Notes: generated by a model not told the origin, from the sequence alone. Positions 1-13,745 are shown, counted from the first letter of the stretch. The stretch is DNA of 64,000 nucleotides from Tubiluchus corallicola (GCA_030141605.1 JAQGDQ010000255.1:57746-121745), one strand, 5' to 3'. A program made the numbers and translations.

Positions 1-154
1 TCTTGTGAATGACTAATGACTGAATTACTTTAAGGCAGAATTCTGAATATTTATTACATCAAGACTGAAAACAGTGTGACCATAGTCCTTAGTAGTGACT
101 GGGTTAAATGTTGGAAAATGCTTCAATATTTCTACATAAATGGGCAGTGTATTT

Positions 155-3100
155 TTAAGGTGTTTAAATAAGTAGTTTTGTTTATTAAGATAATGTGTTT
201 TATGTTCTAGTATTTAAAGCTGTTATAGTTAGCAAGCCATGCAAAGATACTGCTTTAACTGAATCATGTGGGAATTTCTGTTGCATTTATGCATGTCTTT
301 TGTACCGTGTTGAAATTGGAATTTGTAATTTTGCTACAGGTTATTTGAGGGTCATTGGCAGGATGTAGTAATATGTTGATATAACCAATGTCAAAGTTAA
401 GCAATGCAGAGCCTGGTTAGTAATTGGGTGGATGACCATCGGGAAAGTTACTTCTAGGCAATTTCTTCTACCCATTATTCCCTTCCTGCTATTTGTCTTG
501 TTGAGGGAAGATGAGTCAAAATGTTCTAAGATTCCTTTGCCTATTTTGTTTTTAATCCTTGATTATCAGCCACATTTTGATCCTACTGCAACTATTAATA
601 ATATTTAGTCCTGCAAGTGACTGTTGGACACTGATTTAGTTTCCTTGCGTTGTGCTCCTAAAGTCTTCTTAACTGTGCCACAATGTTTGGCCTGCGACCT
701 GACAGCGCATAATCTAATATGTAGGATTTGTAAGTGTATGTCTTGTTTGATTGTGGTTTGAGGTATAAGAAAATAAGAGCTTACAGTTAAGTGAGGTCAA
801 GGTCATGTTTGGCGAAGTCAAGGTCATGTGTCATTTGACACTGGACTAGCGACAGTTTAAAAGTCACCGATTACACTGAACTTGTGTTTTCCAAACTGAA
901 TTGTTTAATAGGCTTTCTTTGGAACACAATTTTAATCAATACTCTTGCGTTCTACCTTTTTAATTACTTGTCTGCCAAACGTTTGATGGTAGTGTGTTGC
1001 TTGGATTTATTGAGGAGAAAAAAGTTTCACATCTCAGGACTATCTCAGGCACAATATTGTAACTTGGTTCAGTATAATAACTTGGCACAATGACTGTAAT
1101 TTGACACAATATTATTTTCAGGCATCGGAAAGTTGACCACTGTTGACGGAAAAACTTTCACCGATCCCGAAGTGTTACACAAACTAACATCGTCCGTTAG
1201 CTGCTCCATGGACGAAGCGGCTGCCGCGCTAACTCGCATGCGAGCAGAAAATCCTGGACAACTTGGAACAGGAGATGGGTAAGTGTTCCAGCATCATCCA
1301 AATCCTGTGACACTTCGCCTTGTGTTGCAAATAAATATTTTCCATGCAGTTCGTTTTCAGTAGTTTTTTTGCTTGCCAATTGTACTCTTGTTTACATAGA
1401 ACTTGAATTCTTTGACACTGTAAAGAGAAGACATTGGGGGGGGGGGGGGCAAGGATAGAGTTGAAATGCCACTGCAGGAATTTAATGTTGTTTGAACTAA
1501 CAATCCCGAGTTTCTAGACAATCCATATTTTGGCCTGGTAGAACGAACAAAAATGCAGATTAATCACTTGAGTTGCCATCTAAGTAACATACAACAGTGT
1601 TTATTATGGGAAACCAGACCGTCAGCTTATGCTATGTCGACTAGACTTTGTGTACTTGTGAGCACCATGCGACAATATTAATATTGGAAACCTACGTTCC
1701 GTTTGCCTGTTGTTTTACAATTATTCTTTTATGATAACGATAGTGTATGAGACATAATAATTTATTACAGTATAAAGTAACAATTTGGATGTCACTATAT
1801 ATTTAACGTCATTGTATTGTACTGAATGTAATAATAATAAAAACTTCAAAAAAAACTAATAAGTGTAAGCATCATCATCATTGATGTCCCATCATCATTG
1901 TTGGTGTTATCATCTTGTCATCATCAACAAGCTCTTGCTGAACGTAATTTAATTAGTTTTTTCATTTGCTGTTGGTTTGTTTATTTGTTTCATTTTTATA
2001 CTAAATATTATTATTCACTACGAGTGTTGATAATAGATGAATAAATAAAGTGCAAATTAAACTGAACTCGACTAATGAGTATAAGCGTAAGAGGATGGCA
2101 AGCAGGCTGTGTGGTCTTCATTATTATAGCATGCCCTTTTTGGACTTTTGGGAAAGACGGGATTTCTCTGTGTTGTAAGCAATTCTATGTTTGTCCAGTT
2201 TCTACAGCAGACATTTATTTTCTCTTTCTCCACTTTTGTTGATTTCCAATTCGTTAATTTTTCCATTTACTTTTTGTTTTATGCAGTATTACAAGTCGAT
2301 ATGATTGTTCTTTGCTGTTTTATTTGTAATTTAGTGTAAAAAAGCTTACAGTTTTGTCTAGTGTACAGAGTACAAAGTACTGAACTACAAATTTAGGTGC
2401 AGACATGAAAAATATGAAAGAATGGAGAAGAAGGTATAAAAGAAGTGTAAAGAATGAAAGAATGGAAAAGAAAATGTTCAAACATAATTCATTTAAAAAT
2501 TGACAGACTATAGAAGCTGGTGATTCCTTTGTATTTTAGACGCCTTGCAAATGAACAAGAACATTTTCAAAACTATGTTTGAAAATTATTTTTGTGATCT
2601 ATTTTTACAACATTTTGGTCCATATAGTCACTGTGATTGCCCATTGAAGGTCTGTATTTTTAAGGGTATGATGTCACTTCATGGTGTCAACATCTACTGT
2701 TTTTGACAACAAATCTGTGATTAACGATTAAATTTGAGCTGCTTCTTAACTTATTAAATGCCAATGTTAGTGTAATTTACTGGTTTTAAACATTCTTTCT
2801 GATGTAACAAGTGACTTAGGTAATTGGCAATTTTTATATCTTCCTTGCAGGTTAATATGCCAGCTGATAGCTTTGAGTCGCCACTTACCCTAGCGGCATG
2901 TGGTGGTCACGTTGAGCTTGCCTGCCTCCTGATAGAGAGAGGTGCCAACTTGGAAGAGGTAAATGACAAAGGGTACACCCCTCTCATGGAAGCAGCTAGG
3001 GAAGGGCATGAAGAAATGGTGGCTCTCCTGCTCAGCCAAGGTATCGACGCCTAATTTTTATGAATATTTGAAATTACTGCAAAATGTTCCCATGTAGGTG

Positions 3101-6100
3101 AACAGGGTTAGGTTGGCTGTGTGTGTTTTAAAAAGCTTTATTTCGTTTGGAATGCTTAACATTTTGACTTGCAGGTGGGAGTAATTTTTACATACTCACA
3201 GCAGCTTGTTGCTGTAAATTGTTCTTAGAAGCATATAAGATCAAAAACAATGTTATCTTACATATGAAACTGGATATTGCGATATTTACGTTGTCCATGT
3301 GTTACTCTAGGAGCCGACATTAATGCTCAGATGGAAGAGACCCAAGAAACTGCATTGACTCTGGCTTGCTGTGGTGGATTCTTGGTCAAATTTTCTAGTT
3401 TGTTTTCTTGATATGTCTTATTCACAATGCCATTTGCATCCAAATTGCTAGATATTGATTAACATAAAAAGTACAAAAGGTCAATAATTTATAATTTACT
3501 GGTTTTATAACGGCTTTGCATATTCAGAGTTGTGTTTTAGACACATTTTAATATGTTTAAATTGGAGTGTTAGGAGTAAACCATAAGTAATTGTGATGTT
3601 GTTTCTAGGTGCGCATGTTCGTGCCACTACGGCCACTGGTGATACGGCTCTGACTTACGCAGCTGAAAATGGCCACACTGACGTAGCTGATTTATTGCTG
3701 CAAGCTGGTTCTGATCTGGTAAGTCACCTTGTCTCTGTGTTGCTGTTTTTCCTAAATCTGTTACTTGTCTTTAAAAACAAAGCAGGCAAGTCTCTGTCAA
3801 GGTGTTGTTTAGTAAAATCCAGGAAACTGGAAAACATCAAAGTGCTGTGTGTCAAGTGTAAAGCTGTGAGTTTCAAAATATGTAAAGGCCACTGATTTTT
3901 ATATAGACATGTGTGATCTGTATAGCTGCTGATTGCTTTGAATTATAAACTGGATAGCCTGATTATTTCATTATCTTTTTGTTACTTTCAGAGCTGACGT
4001 TAATGACCAGGAAATTCCATTTAGAGTTTAAAATGAAATTAATCGCTTCATAAATGAATAAAGTTAATTTTGTTGCAACATTTTAAACTCCGAAAATGAT
4101 TTTAGGGTTTGGATCTTGAACGTTTTTAAAGTTCGAATTCATCATTAACAGGAACATGAATCAGAGGGAGGAAGGACTCCTCTGATGAAAGCAGCAAGGG
4201 CAGGTTACTTGTGCACCGTGCAGTTTTTGATATCACGCGGAGCTGACGTGAACAAAGCAACAACCAATAATGATCATACTGTGTTGTCACTCGCTTGTGC
4301 TGGTGGCCATTTGACTGTGGTAGAGCTCCTACTGGCCCATGGTGCAGATCCAGGCCACAAGTTGAAGGTATGTGTACTGCTCTGTGTCTCTTGGTTTTGG
4401 TTTTAGTTTTTCACCTTTAACAGTCTGTCAAGTCAAATATACTCAACAACTAGCAACAGTTTGCATTAATTTGACCGGTTTAGCTTAAAAAAGAAAGCTG
4501 CAGATATTTTTGGGCCATATATTTATGGTTAGCACTAGGAATGGTTGTCTGTCCAACAAATATCACAAAATTATCGACACAGAATTGTTTCTAGATTCGC
4601 CAACATGACTTGGGGTATGTCAGTTCATTGTTAGCACAATATGCAATTGTGCATTCTTGTATGAAACTGCCGGGCATTCTTGTATGAAAATTGTCATTGT
4701 TTTTGCAACTAAATTTACACTGAAGTGCCAGGTGAGTCAACAGTAGAAAGAGTTGCATTCTACTGATCAGAGACTGCAGCCACAAATCAGTATAATCATA
4801 AATCAGACAGAGCAGCATCAAAGCGCTGAGTTCAGTGAGCCATTAGCCTCTTAACAGCAACTTAACAGTGACAGATGACTTAAAACAAGTTACTTAACTA
4901 TCGTACAGAAGTTAGTAAACCAAATAAGTCTGTAGTTGGTAAACTGTTAAAAAAGACAATTTATCGATTAATACGAAAACTTTTTTTCTAATCTATGTAT
5001 GCTACAATAACAAACTAAACTAATGTTTAGAATGACAGCTTTGCTTTTAATACTCAAAGCATCACTCATAGAGATTTTGAGAGTTAAATTAGTACAGGCC
5101 TGCAAACACTGCTCAATTAAAAATGTGCACTATTTCTAATTATCAACAGATGTCAATTCGACACAACATGGCTAATGTTGATTCATCGACATGATCCAGA
5201 ACTATTGATAATCATCACTAATAATAATTTTTAGATTGCCATATTACTTATTTACAATTGCTAGTTATATCTGTATATGCTTAAGCATTTTTACCATTAC
5301 TCTTGTTTGCTTTTCATTTAATTTCAATCTCACTTTTCTTCAGGATGGTTCAACTATGATGATTGAGTCATCTAAGGGTGGTCACACGTCCGTTGTGGCT
5401 CTGTTGATCGACTATCCAAACAACCTTTTGACTTCCTCCCCACCACCGGATCTGTCGCAGCTCACTCCACCTAACCCGGAAGGAGCCGAGGCTTCTCGGG
5501 CACCTTTGCATGGACTGCCTACTCTGCCTGGTCAGGAACTTGATGCGGCAGTACTGAACGCTAGTCAGTTTACCAGTTTACAGGCCAGTGCTATGCCATG
5601 GCTGACGGGACAAGTAAGTAGTTTTAAAATTTATTTTGTCTGATATGCTGAGTCCTCATTAATTAAGTTACTAAAAGTTCATGTGTGATTTAGTGCAACA
5701 CACTGTGAAGTACCAAACTGCTAGTATGATCTAATGTAAGTCTAAAATGGCTGTAATTTATGACTTTTGTGTAGCGCAACTTTTGATGAGCCCTTCCTGA
5801 AACAATTGCTGCAAAATTTACTAAATTATCTTTGGGCAAAATTAAACGTTAAACTTCTTCAGTCGGCTGCGATGAATCTTACCGACACATTCTTACCCAC
5901 CCATGTGGCACCGGCCTCGACAACCGGTGGTGATGGGTTGTCGCTAGTGACTCCACCTTCGAGTCCGGCAACGGCAGTTTCTGCTCCGAACAATGAACTG
6001 CAAGGAGAAGGCTTGATGGTAGCGGCTCCGGCTCGCACTTTGGATGAGACGTTGAGTGATATCATCATAGGTACATGTACGTATTTATTCATTATTTCTA

Positions 6101-9100
6101 CATTTGTCTTTTTTGTTTAGTTAGAAGCCAAAAATATTTAACTTTTCATAAAGTTTGCCATTGACTGCAGATGAAAATTCTTCTGTATATGGGAATGCTT
6201 TGTCACTTCCTTGTTTGAATTATTTGCTTCAAAAATTTTTTGACAGTAGAGGCAAAGTCAAGAGTCGTCTTACTAGTGATATTGCGTAACAGTGTTAATT
6301 AAAAAAATTCAGAGCAACGTCTGATTTCAAGTTTTGATTACCTCAATTAATTATAGCAGCTAGTAGTGAGAGTTTAATTGATGAATTGATGGATATTTTC
6401 TAAAATAATTTATATACATAACAATAGTTTTTATTCATTCTCACACGGTAGATTTTAAGTGATTCAATGTACATTTTGTATTTTTCAGTACCGACCCATT
6501 GCCAACAAACAAACAGTACCCAGGTCTACACCACCAATGTGACGAGCGTCGCTACTCAGTGTAGTGACTTTCACCTTCATCTTGCTCGCAGCATTTCTCC
6601 TCCCTCTTCGGGGCCGCTCACACCCAATCCATCACCCGCGTCTCCTCACGTTTCCCCGCCCGTATATCCTCTACTGGACCTCGATGCGCAAACGGAGAGC
6701 AACCATGACACTGCGCTGACTTTGGCTTGCGCTGGTGGCCATGAAGAGCTTGTTAGCTTGTTGTTGGCAAGGGGAGCTGATAAAGAGCATAGAGATAAAA
6801 AAGGTACAACCAGCTGTTTTTTTTGCAAGTTTTAACTGTTATAAGTTCAGGTTATTAGTTATTATTTTTTACGTCATGTTTTTCACTTTCACACTGTCTT
6901 GGGCAACTTTTTTTATGTGGCATTTCACAATTAATGCTACATTTTTTTAGTTAGATTTTTAAAATACTTTGTTCTAAAGACAAAATTTTTGTATCATAGA
7001 AGATTTCGGTAACTGTTCGGATTTGTGTGACTGTTTATCAGAAATAACAGCTATTTTCTCAGCAAACTTTAACTTTTTTCAGGTTTCACTCCTTTGATAT
7101 TAGCAGCAACCGCTGGACATTCCGGAGTTGTTCAGATATTACTGGAGAGCGGAGCTGACATTGAAGCTCAGTCAGAGAGGACTAAAGACACTGCTTTATC
7201 ATGGGCTTGCGCTGGAGGTCGTTATGAGGTAGCAATTTATGCATTTTGCACATTCATCAACTTCCCTGTACTTTTTTTCTGTAGATACAGTATTGAAACT
7301 GTTTTTTACTTTTATACAGAGTTTTGTACTTTGTTAAGAAAACATTGTTGTGTTTTATTCCAGGTTGTCGAGATTCTACTGACCAAAAGTGCAAACAAGG
7401 AGCACCGCAATGTGTCCGATTACACACCTCTATGTCTAGCCGCATCGGGTGGATACGTAAACATTATCAAACTACTGTTACAACATGGTGCCGAAATTAA
7501 CTCCAGGTATAATTTTTATTTCTTTTTACAAACAGTTACATTGTTTTGCTAAAATGTAGTATAATTATTTTCAGTCTTACGTTATGTTGTAATGTTTTCC
7601 ATTTATTTGTCTCAGGACTGGAAGTAAGCTAGGCATATCACCCCTTATGATGGCGGCCATGAACGGTCAAACAGCGGCGGTCAGGCTACTATTGGACATG
7701 GGTTCGGATATTAATGTACAGATTGAGACCAACCATAACACAGCGCTCACCCTCGCTTGCTTTCAAGGTCGTCACGAGGTGGTCAGCCTTTTGGTTGACC
7801 GCAAGGCCAACGTTGAGCATCGGGCAACGGTTGGTAACATTTCTTGTGATATATTTTTGCAGAATTGTTTCATGTTGATTGAAAAGTAAGAACCCAGTCG
7901 CAGTTTATATATGTTATTTAATAATTTTCTTCGTTTTTGTGCGCTGGAGTTAACGATGCCTGAATTTGCAGACTGGACTGACACCTCTTATGGAAGCTGC
8001 TTCTGGTGGTTACGTTGAAGTTGGCAAGGTTCTGTTAGATAAAGGCACCGATGTTAATGCTGCTCCTGTCCCTTCGTCTCGTGATACGGCTTTGACAATA
8101 GCTGCAGACATAGGTCATTACAGGTGAGGAAAAGATCATTATGCCTTCCAGGTTCTAAGACAGAAGATTTTGTAATTAACTTGGAAATTTTTCGAATTAA
8201 GAAGTTGGGGAACATGCTTACGTTGCGATACAACGACTTTGGTTTGACGTAAAATTGTTTCATGACTACAGATGTTCGCAGGTAAAACACTCGGTCTAAC
8301 ATTTTTCTGAAACTTCTGTACCATGAATTGCTAAATGCATTTTTATTTTAGGTTTGTTGAGCTGCTTCTTCAGCGTGGTGCAATGGTGGACATCAAGAAC
8401 AAGAAAGGCAATTCTCCACTGTGGTTAGCGTGCAATGGTAAATTTAATGCTCAGGTGTTCCTCCTGATAGAAAGGGTTAAGGTAGTAGTTGGGGTTGAGA
8501 AGTGGAAAATTGATGTGGAGCTGAAGCTACAGTTTCTAGTGGAGACTCATAGTAACTTTGATGTTAGTGATAAGATACCTATCAAATGATTATTAGAGTA
8601 ATTGTAAGCTGATCATTAATTTGGTAAAGCTATTTTATGAGGCAATTAGAAGAATTACTATGACTAAAGGCGCCTGACTTCCCTAATTTCACTTTTCCAG
8701 TGGGTAATCCAGTTTGTTTTTATTTGCTGAGCAGATTTCTGCTAGTATTTTCATTTTTTGAAACGGAGTTTGGAATTAGTGTTGTCTCATATTAAGAGCA
8801 AGTTTTAACTGTTTCTCATTTCAAGTGTGGTATCATTTTCACTGGAAGTGATTGAGAAAAAAATTTCTGTTTTTTATCACTTTTTTGTTATTTGCTCTCT
8901 CAGAAAAGTGTGATTATTAGCAATTTTTTCTATAAAGAAGTCGGTATGTAATGTTTGTATTTTGTGTCTGCAGAGAAGGCAGACATAAGTGGCTACTTCT
9001 CTACTTCTTAGTATTTTAAATTTGTTCCTGTAAAGCTGACACACATCTGTTGTATTTCTTCACTAGCAGGTGGCCATTTAGACGTTGTCCAACTACTCGT

Positions 9101-10162
9101 GAATGCTGGTGCCGATATTGATAGCCAGGACAACCGCAAGGTGTCGTGTCTGATGGCGGCATTCCGCAAGGGTCATGTAAAGGTCGTCAACTGGCTAGTC
9201 CAGCATGTTACGCAGTTTCCATCAGACACGGAATGCATGAGATATATCACTACAATCTCAGACAAGGTAACCAGTTCCTGGACTAGATTCTTGTAGTTTT
9301 TTTAAATTGAGAAAAAAGTGTTGTCGGATTTTATGGTTAGAGAAAGTTTTATGCGCCATATTAATTATTACAAATTTAACTTTGGTGAAGCTAGTTGTTG
9401 AGATCAGGACTGTGGAGGAGTGAATAGCTCATTACTGAGGTTTAAAATTTGGCCAGGTGAATTAGCCGCATAGGAACTAAAGGAAAACCAACTTTTGTGC
9501 AATATTGATTTTGTCCGACACCAGTTTTCGTATGTTTCTTAAACATTTCCAGCACAACGGTACAGTGCAGATATTTGAGGATTGTTCTGCTGAGGAATCT
9601 ACATCAGCAGTAGTTTTTGTTTCACTCTCCATACATTTGGTCCTTGGGATTAAAAATAATTTGATCAGTTGAGTCTTTGCAAGATTTTAGTTCGAGGCAT
9701 CAGTCTCAGTGTAAATTTGATTTCACTGACAGATTTTATTTTATCTTAGTTTATTAGGTAGTTGCAAAACATCTAGTTGCAGGATATTTCAAAGTTTATT
9801 TAAAATATGCTTGGTTTTTCGTACTTCTTCTGTACTCAGTATGTCTGTGAAGCACTAAATATTGTTTTCTACAATAACTCTTGTAAGAACTATGTAATAG
9901 TATAATAGTAGCTAGTAGAGAGATTAGTATACATCAGTTCTTAACTGTTGGTTTTGCTTGTCCATAAAACTTAATTAGAAGTCGATGATGTTGTAGAAAT
10001 GCTGAAGAAATGCCATCAGTGTATGGAGATCATCGTCACGGCGAAGGTCCGACAAGCTGAAGAAGCGAACAAGAATGCCAACTCTCTATTGAAGGAGCTG
10101 GACCTGGAAAAATCCCGTGAAGAGACCAAAAAAGCAGCTAAACAACGCAAAAAAGAGAAGGC
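155..10162 (+). pseudogene. Degenerate tandem partial duplicate of mask. Exon remnants: 1122-1278, 2851-3040, 3311-3383 (partial), 3609-3718, 4152-4367, 5344-5613, 5863-6070 (partial), 6489-6803, 7083-7228, 7364-7506, 7616-7829, 7972-8123, 8352-8437, 9070-9266, 9997-10162 (partial)
   Basis: Exons and introns are collinear and highly similar to about 24583-41180. Exons 4-7, the 3' part of exon 9 and the 5' part of exon 13 are missing. There is a 1-nt loss at the start of exon 21 (tag|aaatgctg vs tag|gaattgctg) and many replacements at conserved ankyrin residues. Homology stops at AGAAGGC 10162, before the KH domain. Confidence 0.88.
394..445 (+). repeat. 5S rRNA-derived fragment (internal promoter region); duplicated at about 24823-24875
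   Basis: AAGTTAAGCAATGCAGAGCCTGGTTAGTAATTGGGTGGATGACC resembles 5S box A-IE-box C. Confidence 0.65.
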
Positions 10163-11167
10163 CTTGCATGCAAAAAGTGGAAACTTGATGGAATTTAGTT
10201 TGTGAAAATTTAGTTTCTTTGCATGTATTTTTCACCAATGTTAGCACTAGTGTTTTAGCACGGAATATTACAGAGACACACATTTGACGTGCTAGTTTGT
10301 CTTTAAAGAAGTTCTGCTTGTGTCGTGCCAAAGTATGTAATTACTTTTCTCCATCTAAATGCCTTATACTGGCTTGAAAAGCTCAAGTTCGTACATGTTT
10401 CATATATTGCTTACATCATACAGTAACAGTGCCAAGAGGTTTTAGACTGCTCTGTATATGTATTAAATATATAAAATGTTTCTATGAAGTGCCTTAGAAA
10501 TTATTTGTTTCAGTTGGGAAGAAATCAATGTTAGTGGTCAGCCATAATGTGGCACCTAATACTGCACCCCTTCATTGTAATAATGACAATTTTTTAGAGC
10601 TGTGAGATGCACTGTAAAACAGGACTTTTCAGAAAAATTTGACCTCTATATTATGTTAATCGCTGCTCAAACTTGTTACTAGAAAATGTGCCGCCCTGAC
10701 TAATTTTTCTTAGGACCGTGTCTTATAATTTTGCATGTTGCAAAACTAATTGTTAACATAGAAATAAGTGAGATATAAAAAGTAAAGAAATTAAATAATG
10801 AAAATAACTTGATATTTTTTCAAAAGCAGTTTAATATAATCTGTTTATGCTCAAAAAACTCTCCAGTCCGTCCCATTTAGGTCAGTATGTTAAACTGTTG
10901 TTGTTTTCTGGGATTAGACTAATAGCTTATTACTATATATTAATTGTGTGGAGAACTTTTTGTACAGTTTAATATGAGTGAAAAATTGGAGTGAGTGAAT
11001 TGGAGGTGTTTGTTAACTTGTTATTAACTAAGAGATTTATTATTGGTTATAGCCCTTTTTGTAAATAAAGGCCTGCTACAACATTGTTGGTGTGCCATTT
11101 GCCAATTTTGCACACCTTCTTTGCATAACTTTTAACACTATTTCCAGCATAAAGTGTCTCACTAAAA

Positions 11168-11280
11168 TAACATTGTTATAATAAGATAGTGCGTAACATT
11201 GTTTTAATTAGACAGTGCTTAACATTGTTTTAATTAGACAGTGCTTAACATTGTTATAGCTAGACAGTGTGTAACCTTGT
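11168..11280. repeat. 26-bp minisatellite, about 4.3 units
   Basis: TAACATTGTTTTAATTAGACAGTGCT: two identical and two diverged units. Confidence 0.9.
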
Positions 11281-12655
11281 ACAGCATTTTGTCTTCCAAG
11301 AATATGTTTTGCATATTTATTTTTATTAACTTTGTGATGGGGGACGCTTTGTAATAAACGTTTGTTAGGTTTGTTAGAACTGTTAGTCTTTTTAGGTAAA
11401 GAATTTCTCAAGCTTCTAAGACTTGAATATTTTTTATAAATGTAATTTGTGGATACCAATTTCGAAATACTATACAGTATGTTGTTTTTCAATGGCACCT
11501 TTGTCACGGTTTGAAAACGCATACATTTATTAACAAAGGAAATATTAACAACTTGTAATTCTTAGATGTCAACAATTAAAGGTTAATGAATAGTTTCAAA
11601 GTATAGGAAAATGATAAATTATTTCAATTTAAAATCTATTTTTAAAGCTTGCTCATTAATAAATCCTTAGCTTGTGTTTCTGTTTGTTGGAATGTTGCTC
11701 GGAATTAACCTACGTATTATGTTTCGATAAGAACGAATTATCTAGATTACTGATTAATACATACATCATGTAAAGTATATTTTTGATTGACTGTGGATAG
11801 TTGTATTCCTGACTTCATAATTATAGTAACTTGTTTTTTGTAGTGTACAGTTTAGATAAAATATTGTACATAACATACTTGGTTGTTGCAGTTCCCCTTT
11901 AAAGAGGCTGGATACTAAAATATAATGTATTTATATTTTTATGGATGTTATTGTTGTCTTTTTTATTGTCTTATTTGTTCTGTTTTTGTGATGAGTAATT
12001 ATTGGTAGATTTCTATTTGAACAATAATCTTTGCAGGACGCATTGGTGAAAAATTTCAAACATGGAAAATTTTAATTCGTAAATATCAGTGCAAGAGTAA
12101 AACCTAATGCTGAACTGCATCGCTCAAGTCTAGGTCAGAGGTCATTCAAAGGTCACAGAGTGTGTATCAGTGGCAGTCTGTGTACTTAATTTTCTGGCAT
12201 GTGTCTTTTCACCGGCCTGCACTACAAGAACCTTGAACCTTGATAGGAAAATGACTCAATTTTGTTAGCAAGTTAGCACCACCTACAAGCTCGTAATAGA
12301 AACTTCATTTGAATTTCACAGTAAAAAAATGCAAATTGCACTGTACAGTGCATGCATACAGTTTTATGCGCCAAATTACTTATTTGATAGTAATATGCCT
12401 TGGACATCTAAAGTTATCACGTTTACTGTTTGTAGAAGTGTGGCACTACAGTTACTAGTCTGCTAAATTCCTGACAGAAACTTTCTTGTGGTACTTGGTA
12501 GTGAAATAACGCCTAGGGAAGTAACATGTGGCTCTGCTAGTGGAAAAAAGTTAATTCTCCACCAACTCAAAAATGAATATTGTCTTTACAAGTCGAAAGA
12601 CATGCTTTTGTTTACGTATGGGTCATTTTAAAAAATTCAAATGTCGACAAAAACC

Positions 12656-12720
12656 GCTTGAGCCTGGTTATTAACTACTTGGATGGTTGTCTGCTTGCAT
12701 GGGAATATCAGGTGCTGTAG
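12656..12720 (+). repeat. 5S rRNA 3'-half pseudogene/SINE fragment
   Basis: GCCTGGTTA..TACTTGGATGG..TGGGAATATCAGGTGCTGTAG matches the 5S 3' half including its end. Confidence 0.7.
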
Positions 12721-13745
12721 AATGTCATTTTTAAGTAAAAGTGTGTGCACAATTCAAGACTTTATTTTGATATGACATTTTGGAGACGGACTTTTGGGTG
12801 TATTACACTGGAATTTCTTATTTCTTCACTTTCCAATGTCTGGAAGGTACTAACGTTAATAATTAAGCCTCATAATATTTTACACAAGATTGGGAATGAT
12901 GAAAATAAAAAAAGCTAAAATTTCCATTCTACTCCAAAAAATGAATTTCGATATTAATAAAATTGGTTTTAAAATCCTCTCATCCTGTATTACCTTGTTC
13001 TATATAGCACCTCGTTCAATATACTCCCTCAAACAGTTCACATACCTCTAACCAAAGTTAAGCTGCAAACAGTTGCGTATTAATTTCTTCATTAGTATTT
13101 GCTAACGTGATAAGAAATTGTGTGTAATTTTGTTTTCATTTTCTTTTTTATTGCGCAGATGTATGTAACATATCATTGTACGTAACTGTAATGGTGTTTT
13201 TGTCTAATAAACATAAAAAGCAGCGTTAAGCATGATTAGTACTTAATTTTGATACGTGACCTACTGAGCATGCAAGTCATGAGTGACTTTGGCAGCACAA
13301 AGTCATGTTTGGTGGGTATTGCTCTTGCAAAAATACAATTTTTTCGGGTTTTGATTGATATCACTACATATAACACTGCTGAAGGCATTGCATTATAACC
13401 TATATCAACATTAATTTTTTTGGATATGTATGCATTGGAACGTCATCATCTTAATGAAATTTAATTACATGCATGGACAGCACATGTGCCACTGAGAACC
13501 ATTAATTAAGTCTAAATTTTAGATTGTACATTGATGTAAACTCATGCAGTACTCTTGCTCCTTTGAGACTTTAACAGACTTAAACTAAACTTTTGAGTTT
13601 AAGGCTTGAATTTTTTTAAAGTTTATTTTTTTATTATAATTTTCTGATGTTTTAGCTTAAACATCACCAATAATTATAACTTACACGCACAGTTTGCTTT
13701 TAGAACCAGTTATTAATCATTAATAGCAGTATTCATGGGAATCAT

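Noticed and set aside
80-107. piggyBac end (GGG-TTAA)
   Set aside because: Partner end would lie outside the window; motif too short to support
394-445. Functional 5S rRNA genes
   Set aside because: Partial and diverged; no complete roughly 120-nt unit
155-10162. Left copy as a simple mis-assembled allele
   Set aside because: Exon-removing deletions, a frameshift and many conserved-site changes are unlikely for a normal allele; disfavoured, but not excluded without reads
11168-11280. CRISPR-like array
   Set aside because: Head-to-tail units with no spacers; eukaryotic context
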